Shown here in pieces: positions 10,207-19,033 of a stretch of DNA of 33,537 bases. The notes under the pieces were generated by a model. That model saw nothing but the letters and a program-made list of their open reading frames with translations, was not told the origin of the DNA and made no database searches. Origin of the DNA: Promethearchaeota archaeon (GTDB lineage Archaea; Asgardarchaeota; Lokiarchaeia; Sigyniarchaeales; SOKP01); contig JAEOTZ010000060.1 in NCBI GenBank assembly GCA_016839585.1, positions 1 through 33,537 on the forward strand, given 5' to 3'. The translations under genes and the position numbers were made by a program. How positions within the stretch are numbered: the stretch's first letter is position 1; every line of letters begins with the position of its first letter.

Positions 10207-12612
10207 TTAATTCTTCTTGAAGTATTGAAATAATCCACCAATTAATTGTCCAGTACTTATACCAGCATCACCTGGAGCCACTAGATCATGCTCTAAAAAT
10301 GTATATCCTGCTTGATTAACTACATTTTTAACTGTTTTTGAAAAAGAATAATTATAAGCTACTCCACCTGATAATCCGATTTTTTTAATATTATTTTCTT
10401 TTGCAATTTTAATAGCAATATTGGCAAAAATTTTACCAAATTCAATTTGAAATTTCGCAGCAATATCTTTTCTTTTATTTTTAGAATGTTCTAATAAATC
10501 TAATATATTTAAAACTAATTTTGATGTATTAATAATATAATTTCCATTTTGTCTATAAAATTCAACATTTAGTTTAATTTCCTTCGGATTTCCTCTCGAT
10601 GCTAATCCCTCAAGCCTCATTGCAGGTTCTCCCCTATATGTTTTAATATCCGATGCTCCTAATAAATATGATATTACATCAAATATTCTACCAGTTGAAC
10701 TTGTTAAAGGAATATTTTCTGAAGAAAATTTAGTTTTTCCCATTTCAAATTGTGATAATAAAGCATTCAGTTCAGTTTCCTTATATTCTAAATCATCTGC
10801 TAAGCCTAATTTTTTAAAAATCTTTTGTGCTTCTTGGCTACCAAGATTATTAATTATAATTGAAGCAGCCATTCGAGCAGGATATTTAGTACATCGATCT
10901 CCACCAATCATTGGTTGATATTCTAAATGACCTACTCGTTGATATTTATCATAAGAACATAACAAAATTTCTCCTCCCCAAACATTACCATCATCACCAT
11001 AACCAACACCATCTACACTGATTCCGACAATTTTTTCATCAATTTTTATATTATTTTCAACCATTAAGCTTAATACGTGAGCAAAGTGATGCTGAATTTG
11101 GTACAAATCGACGTTAAATTGCGAAGCGAGCTCATTCGCAAGTTTAGTAGTTATAAAAGCAGGATGTAAATCACACGTTATAAATTCAACTTCAGAATCT
11201 TTTATCTGTAATAGATTTTTCATATGAAGAAGTGAATTTCTTAAAAATTCATATGTTTCAAGGTGAGTTACATTTCCAATATGTTGAGTTGGAAAAATCC
11301 GATTTCTCCTTAAAATAGCTCCAGTAACAGCTAATTCAGGTCCTGTTGAAAGAGCTGCTGGTATTTCTACATTAAAAGGTAAGGGTAAATATTCGGGGAC
11401 ATAACCTCTAGATCTTCTTATTAATTTAACTTTATTATCGTGAATTCTTAAAACACTATCATCAGCTCGTTGAAAGATTGGTCTATTATGAAGAAGAAAT
11501 ACATCTGCAAGATTTTGAAGTTGATTAAAAATCATATCATTTTCAATACCCATTGGAATATTTGATTTATTGCCACTAGTATAAACTAATGGTTTCTCTC
11601 CGATATAATCAAATAACAAATGATGGATTCCTGAATAAGGAAACATAACACCTACATTATTTAAACCCGGAGCAACTTGTTTACTAATACTCGAATTATT
11701 AGAAGAATTTTTTCTCTCTAGTAGAACAATAGGTCGACGAAAAGAGGTCAAAATTTCTCGTTCTTTTTCTGAGATATAAAAGTCCTTTTCAATTAATCTA
11801 AAATTTGGCACCATTAAAGCAAACGGTTTGAATTTCCTTTCTCCTTTTCTTTTTCTAAGCTTTAGAATAATTTCATCATCATCTGCTAAACAAACTAAAT
11901 GAACACCACCTATACCTTTAACTGCTATAATTTCTCCATTATTAATCCTGTTTGATGTTTCTTTTAGAATTTCTTTTATGGAGGCTTGCTCGATTACATT
12001 ACCTGATATATTGTAAAGTTGATAATTTGGACCACATATAGAACAAGCATAAGTTTGAGCGTGAAATCTTCTATTATTGAAATCAGAATATTCTTGAATA
12101 CAGGACTCAGGTTCAGCTTTGTCACAGAAAGGGAAATTTATCATCGTTGTACGTTCTCTGTCATATGGTAACTCTTCTACAGTAGTAAATCGAGGGCCAC
12201 ATACTGCACATGCGATAAATGGATAATTATAATACTTTAATAAATTCTTATTTCTCATATCTTCTAAACAATTATTACAAATAGCGATATCAGGAGGAAG
12301 AGTTAAACTTATTCCTCGTCCTTGTTCACTTTTCTTAATTTCTAAATTACTAAATTTCTTTTTGAAATCTATTTCTTTTACTTTAAAATGCTCAATATAA
12401 GATATTTTGGGTTTATTATTTTTTACTTCTACAATAAAATTTTCAATACTTTTTGATTCACCTTGTAAGATTAATCGAACTCCTGCATTTCCTCGATTAA
12501 GAATATACCCTGTTAAATCGTTATTTCGTGCTATATTAAATAGGAAAGGTCTAAATCCTACCCCTTGAACAATTCCAGTAATCGTTATTTCTACTGTCCT
12601 AATATCATTCAA
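10207..12612 (-). CDS. hypF: Carbamoyltransferase HypF
   Basis: GIVQGVGFRPF acylphosphatase domain, CxxC Zn fingers, CDLHP, QHHFAH, DGVGYG and GDAGISTGQ; TTG start. Confidence 0.97.
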   Translation of the reverse strand: MNDIRTVEITITGIVQGVGFRPFLFNIARNNDLTGYILNRGNAGVRLILQGESKSIENFIVEVKNNKPKISYIEHFKVKEIDFKKKFSNLEIKKSEQGRGISLTLPPDIAICNNCLEDMRNKNLLKYYNYPFIACAVCGPRFTTVEELPYDRERTTMINFPFCDKAEPESCIQEYSDFNNRRFHAQTYACSICGPNYQLYNISGNVIEQASIKEILKETSNRINNGEIIAVKGIGGVHLVCLADDDEIILKLRKRKGERKFKPFALMVPNFRLIEKDFYISEKEREILTSFRRPIVLLERKNSSNNSSISKQVAPGLNNVGVMFPYSGIHHLLFDYIGEKPLVYTSGNKSNIPMGIENDMIFNQLQNLADVFLLHNRPIFQRADDSVLRIHDNKVKLIRRSRGYVPEYLPLPFNVEIPAALSTGPELAVTGAILRRNRIFPTQHIGNVTHLETYEFLRNSLLHMKNLLQIKDSEVEFITCDLHPAFITTKLANELASQFNVDLYQIQHHFAHVLSLMVENNIKIDEKIVGISVDGVGYGDDGNVWGGEILLCSYDKYQRVGHLEYQPMIGGDRCTKYPARMAASIIINNLGSQEAQKIFKKLGLADDLEYKETELNALLSQFEMGKTKFSSENIPLTSSTGRIFDVISYLLGASDIKTYRGEPAMRLEGLASRGNPKEIKLNVEFYRQNGNYIINTSKLVLNILDLLEHSKNKRKDIAAKFQIEFGKIFANIAIKIAKENNIKKIGLSGGVAYNYSFSKTVKNVVNQAGYTFLEHDLVAPGDAGISTGQLIGGLFQYFKKN

Positions 12613-12750
12613 TTAGATATCTCAGATTTTAAAAAAATAATTTTAGGTTAAAATTAATTAATCATGCTTTTAAAAAAAAATCTAATATTATATTAGGAAA
12701 ATTATTAAAACGATTAGATTATTTTTTATTATCTATTACTCCTTAGAATT

Positions 12751-13632
12751 ATGATACAAATGAACTCGAAAGTAAATAAATGGGATGTTCCATATCATAA
12801 AGCCTTCTTTAAAACAAGCCATAATTCATATGAGCACTCAATTAGAGAACAATTAAACAAAGGAGTACGAGGGCTCGAATACGATATTCACGATGAAAAA
12901 ATTCAAGAATTGAACAATTTTGAGGTATATCATCTCCAGAATCATTACGACGTAATGCTTAATGTAGATGGAAACCCAAACGATTATTTATTTTCAAATT
13001 GGTTACAAATAATTAAAGAGTGGTCTAATGAACAAAATAATGAACACGCACCAATAACTCTCTTTATCGAATTAAAGGATAGCATTGTTGATTCAAACAA
13101 CAAGCCAGATGAGCTTTATGGAATTAAAAAATTTAATAACGTACTTGTTGAGTCACTCTCTCTGGATAAATTATATACATATAAAAATTTCAGACAAAAC
13201 AATTTTCAATGGCCAACAGTGAGAGAATTAAAAGGGCGAGTAATAATTGTTCTTACAAGTTATTGGGGAGGCTATTGGGCGTCAAGTGAGGGTGGGTTTG
13301 AATCTAGATTGAGATATCTAAAAAACTCTTTAGAAAGTAAGGATGATATTAGCTTCGTTTCATGGATAGAAGAAGATCATGGTGATGAGGTTCAATTTTT
13401 AAAAGATAAAACATATTTTTGGAAATGTAGCCTTGATTATAGTTTTAAAGAATATCAAAAAATAGCTATATCTCAGAAATTAACTAGAGTTGATTTTGAT
13501 AAAATTGTATTTGGAAGGCATGTAAAAACTTATTATTTAAAAAATTTTAAAGCAGGATATCGTTGTAATTTTCCAGTAACAGACTCTTGGGCTGATGAAA
13601 TGTATAATAAATCATTTCCATGGTCTATTTAG
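12751..13632 (+). CDS. PI-PLC-like (PLC-like phosphodiesterase TIM-barrel) protein
   Basis: SHNSY, QLNKGVRGLEYDIH, EVYH, HAPITLFIELKD and WPTVRELKGRVIIV match PI-PLC X-box-type motifs. Confidence 0.75.
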   Translation: MIQMNSKVNKWDVPYHKAFFKTSHNSYEHSIREQLNKGVRGLEYDIHDEKIQELNNFEVYHLQNHYDVMLNVDGNPNDYLFSNWLQIIKEWSNEQNNEHAPITLFIELKDSIVDSNNKPDELYGIKKFNNVLVESLSLDKLYTYKNFRQNNFQWPTVRELKGRVIIVLTSYWGGYWASSEGGFESRLRYLKNSLESKDDISFVSWIEEDHGDEVQFLKDKTYFWKCSLDYSFKEYQKIAISQKLTRVDFDKIVFGRHVKTYYLKNFKAGYRCNFPVTDSWADEMYNKSFPWSI

Positions 13633-14731
13633 GATACTCCTCTTTATAATACTTAAAATAAATACTACATGTCCCTTCCATTGAAACCATACATGGTCCT
13701 ATTGGATTAATTGGAGTACATTCCTTTCTAAACAACTTACATTCATAAGGATATAATTTTCCTATCATAACTAAATGACATGAACATCCTGGAGGAATAT
13801 CTTGTGATTTTTCTATATCGATATCAAATTTCTTGTCCGTATCATATTCCGCATATTCTTTCTTGATTTTTAAACCGCCATCAAGAATACGTCCTATACC
13901 TCTCCAAGGTGAAGAAATCGATTCGAACACATTAGAAATAATTTCTTGTGCCTTTTTGTTCCCTTCTGGTTTTACAACTCGAGAGTATTCATTTAAAGTC
14001 TCATATCTTTTTTCTTTTTTTTGTTTTAAAAGCATTAAAATTGCTACCAATACATCATTCGGCTCAAAACCAGCAATTACATTAGGTACTCTATATGCAT
14101 CTGAGAATAATTTAAAAGGTTTTAAACCAATTATAGTCGAAACATGACCTGGTGATATAAATCCATCAATTTTCAATTGAGATTGAGAAATTAGAAGTTC
14201 TAATGCCGCAGGAATTAATTTATGGGCACAAATTACTGAAAAATTTGAAGGTGGCTTTGATTGAATCTCATATCCGATTAAAGGTACTGTAGTTTCAAAA
14301 CCAATTGCAAAAAAAATGACTTCTTTTTCAGGATTTTCTTTAGCTATTTTTATAGCATCGTGAGGACTATATACTATTCTTATATCTCCACCTTTTGCTT
14401 TTAACTCTGCTAAAGAAATGTTTGTTGCTGGAACCCGAATCATGTCCCCGAAAGTGGTAATTATTGTATCGTCTCTTTTTCCGAGCTCAATGGCTTTATC
14501 AATATCGGCTGCAGGACACACACAAACAGGGCACCCCGGACCAGATAATACCTCAAGTTCTTTAGGTAATAATGATCTTAGACCATACTTTGAAATCGTA
14601 TGTTCGTGTGTTCCACAAACATGCATTATTTTTATGGGTGTATTCAAATCTTTTATAATCCTATTGATGGACTTAACAATCTTTTCTGTAAATATCTTAC
14701 TTTTAAGCAATTCAGTTCCAGGGATTTCCAT
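13625..14731 (-). CDS. hypD: Hydrogenase maturation protein HypD
   Basis: HVCGTHEH, GPGCPVC, GFETT, PGHVS and C-terminal Fe-S Cys (GPCMVSMEGTC); ATG 14731 (TTG 14737 alternative). Confidence 0.97.
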   Translation of the reverse strand: MEIPGTELLKSKIFTEKIVKSINRIIKDLNTPIKIMHVCGTHEHTISKYGLRSLLPKELEVLSGPGCPVCVCPAADIDKAIELGKRDDTIITTFGDMIRVPATNISLAELKAKGGDIRIVYSPHDAIKIAKENPEKEVIFFAIGFETTVPLIGYEIQSKPPSNFSVICAHKLIPAALELLISQSQLKIDGFISPGHVSTIIGLKPFKLFSDAYRVPNVIAGFEPNDVLVAILMLLKQKKEKRYETLNEYSRVVKPEGNKKAQEIISNVFESISSPWRGIGRILDGGLKIKKEYAEYDTDKKFDIDIEKSQDIPPGCSCHLVMIGKLYPYECKLFRKECTPINPIGPCMVSMEGTCSIYFKYYKEEYPK

Positions 14732-14768
14732 AATCAATATTTTTAGTTTAATAAAACTTTTTAATTTA

Positions 14769-15821
14769 TTAACAAATTCGAGGTATTAATTCTCCTAATG
14801 GCATATCTATAAATCGAGTACCTCCAACAATAGTTTTTAATAAAACTTGTTTAGGATTTTCACTTTTAACTTCACCAATAATCTCTGCACCCTTTCCAAT
14901 TTGAGTAGACTTTATTTTTTTTAATATTACCTCAGCGAATTGAGGATCAACTGATAAGAGAGCTCTTCCTTCGGAGGCTATATTGTATGGGTCTAAACCT
15001 AACATATCACATATTGCAGTTACTTGCTTTTTTATAGGAATTTTCTCTTCTTCAATATAGATTCCTACATTTGATTTTTTCGCCCAATCATTTAAATTTC
15101 CAGCAATTCCTCCCCTTGTAGGATCTTTCATTGCATGAATATAATTATTTTTTATTTCAAACCCTAGTATATTATTAATTTCTAAAAGGAAGCCTAAGTC
15201 AGATTTTAAATCTGTAGAAATATTCAAACCTTCACGACTAGCCATTAAAGCAGTACCATGGTCACCAATACTTCCAGTAATAATTATTTTGTCTCCAATT
15301 TTTAGTCCATTATCCAATATTTTTATTTGTTTATCTTTTATTCCAATTCCTGTGGTGGCCATAATTATTTCATTTAAACTTCCATTAGGCATAACTTTTG
15401 TATCTCCAGCAATAATTGCAATATTTGCTTCTTTTGCTTTTAAATTAAACGAATGTATAATTTTTTCTAAAGTATCAAATTTAAAACCTTCTTCTATAAT
15501 AATAACTGATGTAATGGCAATAGGTTCAGCACCCATCATTAATAAATCGTTAACTGTACCACAAACACTTAATGAACCTAAATCTCCTCCTGGAAAAAAT
15601 ATTGGATAAACAGTGTGCCCATCTGTAGTAATTACAATTTCTTGGTTATAATCTTTTAATGGAATCGTAGCACCATCATCCAATTCTTCAACACCTATAC
15701 CATTAGAAATTTTCTTAATAGCAATGTCTTTAATGATAAAATTAATGAGTTCTTCTTGTAAAAACCCACCTGCTCCGTGTGCTAAACGGATAATATTTGA
15801 GCTCTCTTTTTGACTACTCAT
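14769..15821 (-). CDS. hypE: Hydrogenase maturation protein HypE
   Basis: LAHGAGG, FFPGGDLG, GDTKV, DPTRGG and terminal PRIC. Confidence 0.97.
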   Translation of the reverse strand: MSSQKESSNIIRLAHGAGGFLQEELINFIIKDIAIKKISNGIGVEELDDGATIPLKDYNQEIVITTDGHTVYPIFFPGGDLGSLSVCGTVNDLLMMGAEPIAITSVIIIEEGFKFDTLEKIIHSFNLKAKEANIAIIAGDTKVMPNGSLNEIIMATTGIGIKDKQIKILDNGLKIGDKIIITGSIGDHGTALMASREGLNISTDLKSDLGFLLEINNILGFEIKNNYIHAMKDPTRGGIAGNLNDWAKKSNVGIYIEEEKIPIKKQVTAICDMLGLDPYNIASEGRALLSVDPQFAEVILKKIKSTQIGKGAEIIGEVKSENPKQVLLKTIVGGTRFIDMPLGELIPRIC

Positions 15822-16123
15822 AATAAAAAGAAAGAAAGGAAGGTTAAAAGAATTTAGATAATTTAATAATTAAATTATTTACAATACAATTATTGGTTAT
15901 AAGTCTTTTTCATATCAATAAAAAAAATCTGTCAAGGGTCAAAAGGAACTAAAGTTATTTTTCAATTTTGAATATTTATTCATATAGACATATAAAAGTA
16001 ATTTTTGAGAAATGAAAATGAATCAGAAGCTTTTAATAAAGTTATTAATACATTATTTCAACTAATTTTTTTTTAACAAATTAGCTAATTATTAAAATTA
16101 AATAACAAAAAAAATGAGAGAAA

Positions 16124-17449
16124 ATGGCAGTTAAAGTAGCTTTTATGCAATGTTCAGATTGCTGGGGCTGCCACCAATCCCTATTGAATGCTCATTTGGG
16201 ATTATTACCGGTACTCCCAGCGCTTGATATTGTGTATTGGCCAGCTGTAGTCGATTTTAAGCACGACTCGTTGAAAGCAAGACCAGATGGTGATATATTA
16301 GTTGGTTTCGTAGAAGGTAGTTTAAGAACTAACGAAGATGTTGAGAACGCAAAATTAATGAGAGCAAAATGTCAACTCATTATATCATTTGGCAGTTGTT
16401 CATGTTATGGTAATGTACATGGCTTAGCTAACCAATGGGATATACAAAAAGTAATTAATAGGAAATTTGTTGAAACAGAGAGTATTACCAATGAATCTCC
16501 ACATGAACCTAAGGAACATATGCCTGGTTTCACAGAAAAGATTATGCCTTTAGATGAGGTTATTAAGGTTGATGCTTACATCGCAGGATGTCCACCTAAA
16601 CCAGAGGCAATTATCAGTTCTGTGGTTTTTCTATTAGGACAAAAACCACAACCTATGAACGATTTAGCATTCTGCAATGAATGTCCTTTAAATACCGAAG
16701 GATGTTTATTAGATAAAGGAGTAATGTGTTTTGGACCTATTACAAGTTCTGGATGTACATTAAAATGTACAAGCAATGGAGATCCATGTGTAGGTTGTTT
16801 TGGACCATCAAAAACCGTAGCATCAAGGGCAGAGAAATTAAATGGAATGGTAAAAAACCTAAGTACAATTTCTACAGGAAACAAGAAAAATTTATTTGAA
16901 TTTTTAACCTTGTTTTTAAACGTACCATTAATGGCGGGGTTTGATCTCGCAGGAGATGTCTTAAAGCAAATTAAAAAACGAGGTGCCCCTGAAAGTCCTT
17001 TAGCTAACCTTCCACCTACTACAGAAGATATTGCTTCGAGTATAATGGCATACTTAAGAGATAATAGAGATTTCACAGAAATTTCTAATGTTTGTGATAC
17101 ATGTCCGAGAATTATTGGTAGTAAATCACGAATGACTAAAGTGAAGAGAGATTATGAAGGTCTTCCAAATATGGATGATTGCTTAATTGAACAAGGATAC
17201 ATTTGTATGGGACCAGTCACTAAAGCTGGTTGCGGTGGTTTATGCCTTCGAGTTAACGCTCCTTGTAGCGGCTGCTATGGTCAAACTGAATGGGTTGCAG
17301 ATCAAGCAAGCAGATTTGCTGATGTTGTAATTAAAGGCTTTAATGTTGATGTATCTAAAGAAGAATTGCTAAGTCAGGTAAAAGATCATTTAGGAACTTT
17401 TCAAAAGTTTACTTTAGCATCAAATAGAAGTTATAAAGGAGGCGAATAA
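16124..17449 (+). CDS. vhuG: F420-non-reducing [NiFe(Se)] hydrogenase small subunit (VhuG/MvhG), with duplicated C-terminal Fe-S domain
   Basis: CWGC, VEGS, FGSCSCYG and GCPP proximal-cluster motifs; two 8-Cys CxxCP...CxGP...GC...C...PCxGC modules. Confidence 0.92.
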   Translation: MAVKVAFMQCSDCWGCHQSLLNAHLGLLPVLPALDIVYWPAVVDFKHDSLKARPDGDILVGFVEGSLRTNEDVENAKLMRAKCQLIISFGSCSCYGNVHGLANQWDIQKVINRKFVETESITNESPHEPKEHMPGFTEKIMPLDEVIKVDAYIAGCPPKPEAIISSVVFLLGQKPQPMNDLAFCNECPLNTEGCLLDKGVMCFGPITSSGCTLKCTSNGDPCVGCFGPSKTVASRAEKLNGMVKNLSTISTGNKKNLFEFLTLFLNVPLMAGFDLAGDVLKQIKKRGAPESPLANLPPTTEDIASSIMAYLRDNRDFTEISNVCDTCPRIIGSKSRMTKVKRDYEGLPNMDDCLIEQGYICMGPVTKAGCGGLCLRVNAPCSGCYGQTEWVADQASRFADVVIKGFNVDVSKEELLSQVKDHLGTFQKFTLASNRSYKGGE

Positions 17450-17454
17450 AAAAA

Positions 17455-18759
17455 ATGGTAAAAGAAATAGTAGTTGAACCAGTCACTCGATTAGAGGGAC
17501 ATGGAGGTTTAAGAATTGTCTTGGGAGATGATGGAAAGGTTAAAGATGCGCAATTTAATATTACTTCGACAAGATTCTTTGAGAAGTTCTGTGAGGGCAG
17601 ATATGCAGAACACGTGCCTCGTATTACACCTAGAATTTGTGGTATTTGTCCAATTCCTCACCATTTAACACCTACAAAAGCAGTAGAAGATGCCTGGGGC
17701 GTTGAAATTCCTGAGCCAGCAAGAAAATTAAGAATATTATTACAAAATGCTAAACAATACTCTTCTCATGTATTACACTTTTATGCTTTGGCAGCACCTG
17801 ATTTCTTACTTGGACCTTTCGCAGACCCTGCATTAAGAAATGTCGTCCATGTTATCAATAAGATGCCTGATGTTGGAGCAATGGCTCTGAAAATGATGGA
17901 TTTTGGACAAAAATTATGTGCTGAGATTGGTGGTAAATCAGTTCATCCTATTTCTGCAATTGTCGGTGGAATGAAAAAACCAATGGATGAAGATGCAAGA
18001 GATAAATTTCTTAAACAAGTTGGTGAACAGATAGAATTTACAAAGAAGACAGTAGAAATTGGCTTAAAAGTAGTAGAAGATTATTGGGACGTGGTAGCAA
18101 ACGTTGCTGTCGTACCTACATATTATCTTGGGATGACAAAGAATGGAGTACATGACATTTATGAAGGAGATATAAGAATTGTTACACCTAACGGTGAGAA
18201 AAAGGATTTTGATATCCATAAATATTTGGATGTACTTGGCGAACATATTCCAGAACACTCTTATGCCACTCACATGTATTATAAGCCAGCAGGATATCCC
18301 GATGGGATATATCGAGCAAATTGTTTAGCAATGATTAATGCTGCAGATAAAATGGCAACACCACTAGCAGATGAGGCATTAAAAGCCTTTAGAGATAAAA
18401 CAGGACCAATTTCCCATCACACATTTGCGTATCATTGGGCACGATTAATTGAAACTGTAGAAGCAATTGAAATAATTGCAACGTTACTTAAGGACCCTGA
18501 CGTTGTAAATCCTGATTGTAAGACTTTAGATGTAGAGCCGAGGGAAGGAAATGGTGTAGGTGTAACAGAAGCCCCAAGAGGTCTATTGTTATACAATATC
18601 TGGTCTGATGCTGCTGGAATCTGTAAAAAATTAAATCTATTAGTAGCAACTAATCATAATATTGCAGGAATAGAAAAAACTCTTATGCACACCGCAAAAC
18701 AGGTATTTGAAGATAAGGCTTTAGACGGATTAAAATTACCAGACCCATGGATTAAATAA
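17455..18759 (+). CDS. vhuA: F420-non-reducing hydrogenase large subunit, split type (VhuA)
   Basis: PVTRLEGHG, RFFEKF, PRICGICPIPH (L1) and EAPRG; ends at PDPWIK with no DPCxxCxxH (L2) motif. Confidence 0.95.
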   Translation: MVKEIVVEPVTRLEGHGGLRIVLGDDGKVKDAQFNITSTRFFEKFCEGRYAEHVPRITPRICGICPIPHHLTPTKAVEDAWGVEIPEPARKLRILLQNAKQYSSHVLHFYALAAPDFLLGPFADPALRNVVHVINKMPDVGAMALKMMDFGQKLCAEIGGKSVHPISAIVGGMKKPMDEDARDKFLKQVGEQIEFTKKTVEIGLKVVEDYWDVVANVAVVPTYYLGMTKNGVHDIYEGDIRIVTPNGEKKDFDIHKYLDVLGEHIPEHSYATHMYYKPAGYPDGIYRANCLAMINAADKMATPLADEALKAFRDKTGPISHHTFAYHWARLIETVEAIEIIATLLKDPDVVNPDCKTLDVEPREGNGVGVTEAPRGLLLYNIWSDAAGICKKLNLLVATNHNIAGIEKTLMHTAKQVFEDKALDGLKLPDPWIK

Positions 18760-18798
18760 ATTTATTGAAAATAAAATATCAAAAGCGTGAACAAAAAA

Positions 18799-18903
18799 AT
18801 GAGTGATATACCAGAAGGAATGGTAAATCTCTTAGAAATGGTAGTCCGCTGTTTCGATTGCTGACTATCATGTGCCGCACACATCACGGTTGTTGATGAG
18901 TAA
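18799..18903 (+). CDS. vhuU: Selenoprotein VhuU: MSDIPEGMVNLLEMVVRCFDC-U-LSCAAHITVVDE (TGA at 18862-18864 read as Sec)
   Basis: Supplies the L2 motif missing from VhuA, with TGA at the Ni-ligand position (DxUxxCxxH); directly downstream of vhuA; SECIS-like hairpin follows. Absent from the ORF track. Confidence 0.93.
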
Positions 18904-18933
18904 GGCACTGAGATTTACTCTCGAAAATTAAAC

Positions 18934-19005
18934 GTAGGCTTAGGATGAATATCCAATAAAAATAATAGATTGGATATAACTGCCCACGCAAGGGTTAAAG
19001 CCTAC
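18934..19005 (+). promoter_or_regulatory. SECIS-like RNA structure for vhuU
   Basis: GTAGGCTT (18934-41) pairs with AAGCCTAC (18998-19005); ATGA at 18945-48; ATATCCAAT (18949-57) pairs with ATTGGATAT (18969-77); the apical loop begins AAAAA. Confidence 0.75.
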
Positions 19006-19033
19006 CAATACAAAATAATAAAAAGGAGAAAAA

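Noticed and set aside
16079-16090. 12-bp palindrome AATTAGCTAATT upstream of vhuG
   Set aside because: Single short occurrence, not distinguishable from background without comparative data
15822-16123. Possible hidden Sec-containing vhuD upstream of vhuG
   Set aside because: The region is AT-rich with no MvhD-like Cys/Sec motifs seen; it looks like a divergent promoter region
18901-18903. Genome-wide reassignment of TAA or TGA
   Set aside because: TAA terminates most genes here (cysS, vhuA, hdrB, ald) and TGA terminates others (e.g. 24732, 21640) at plausible ends
18799-18948. vhuU as a pseudogene fragment of a broken mvhA
   Set aside because: TGA falls exactly on the known Sec position, the fragment has its own ATG, vhuA ends cleanly and a SECIS-like hairpin follows. 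The downstream TAA is kept as a separate open question
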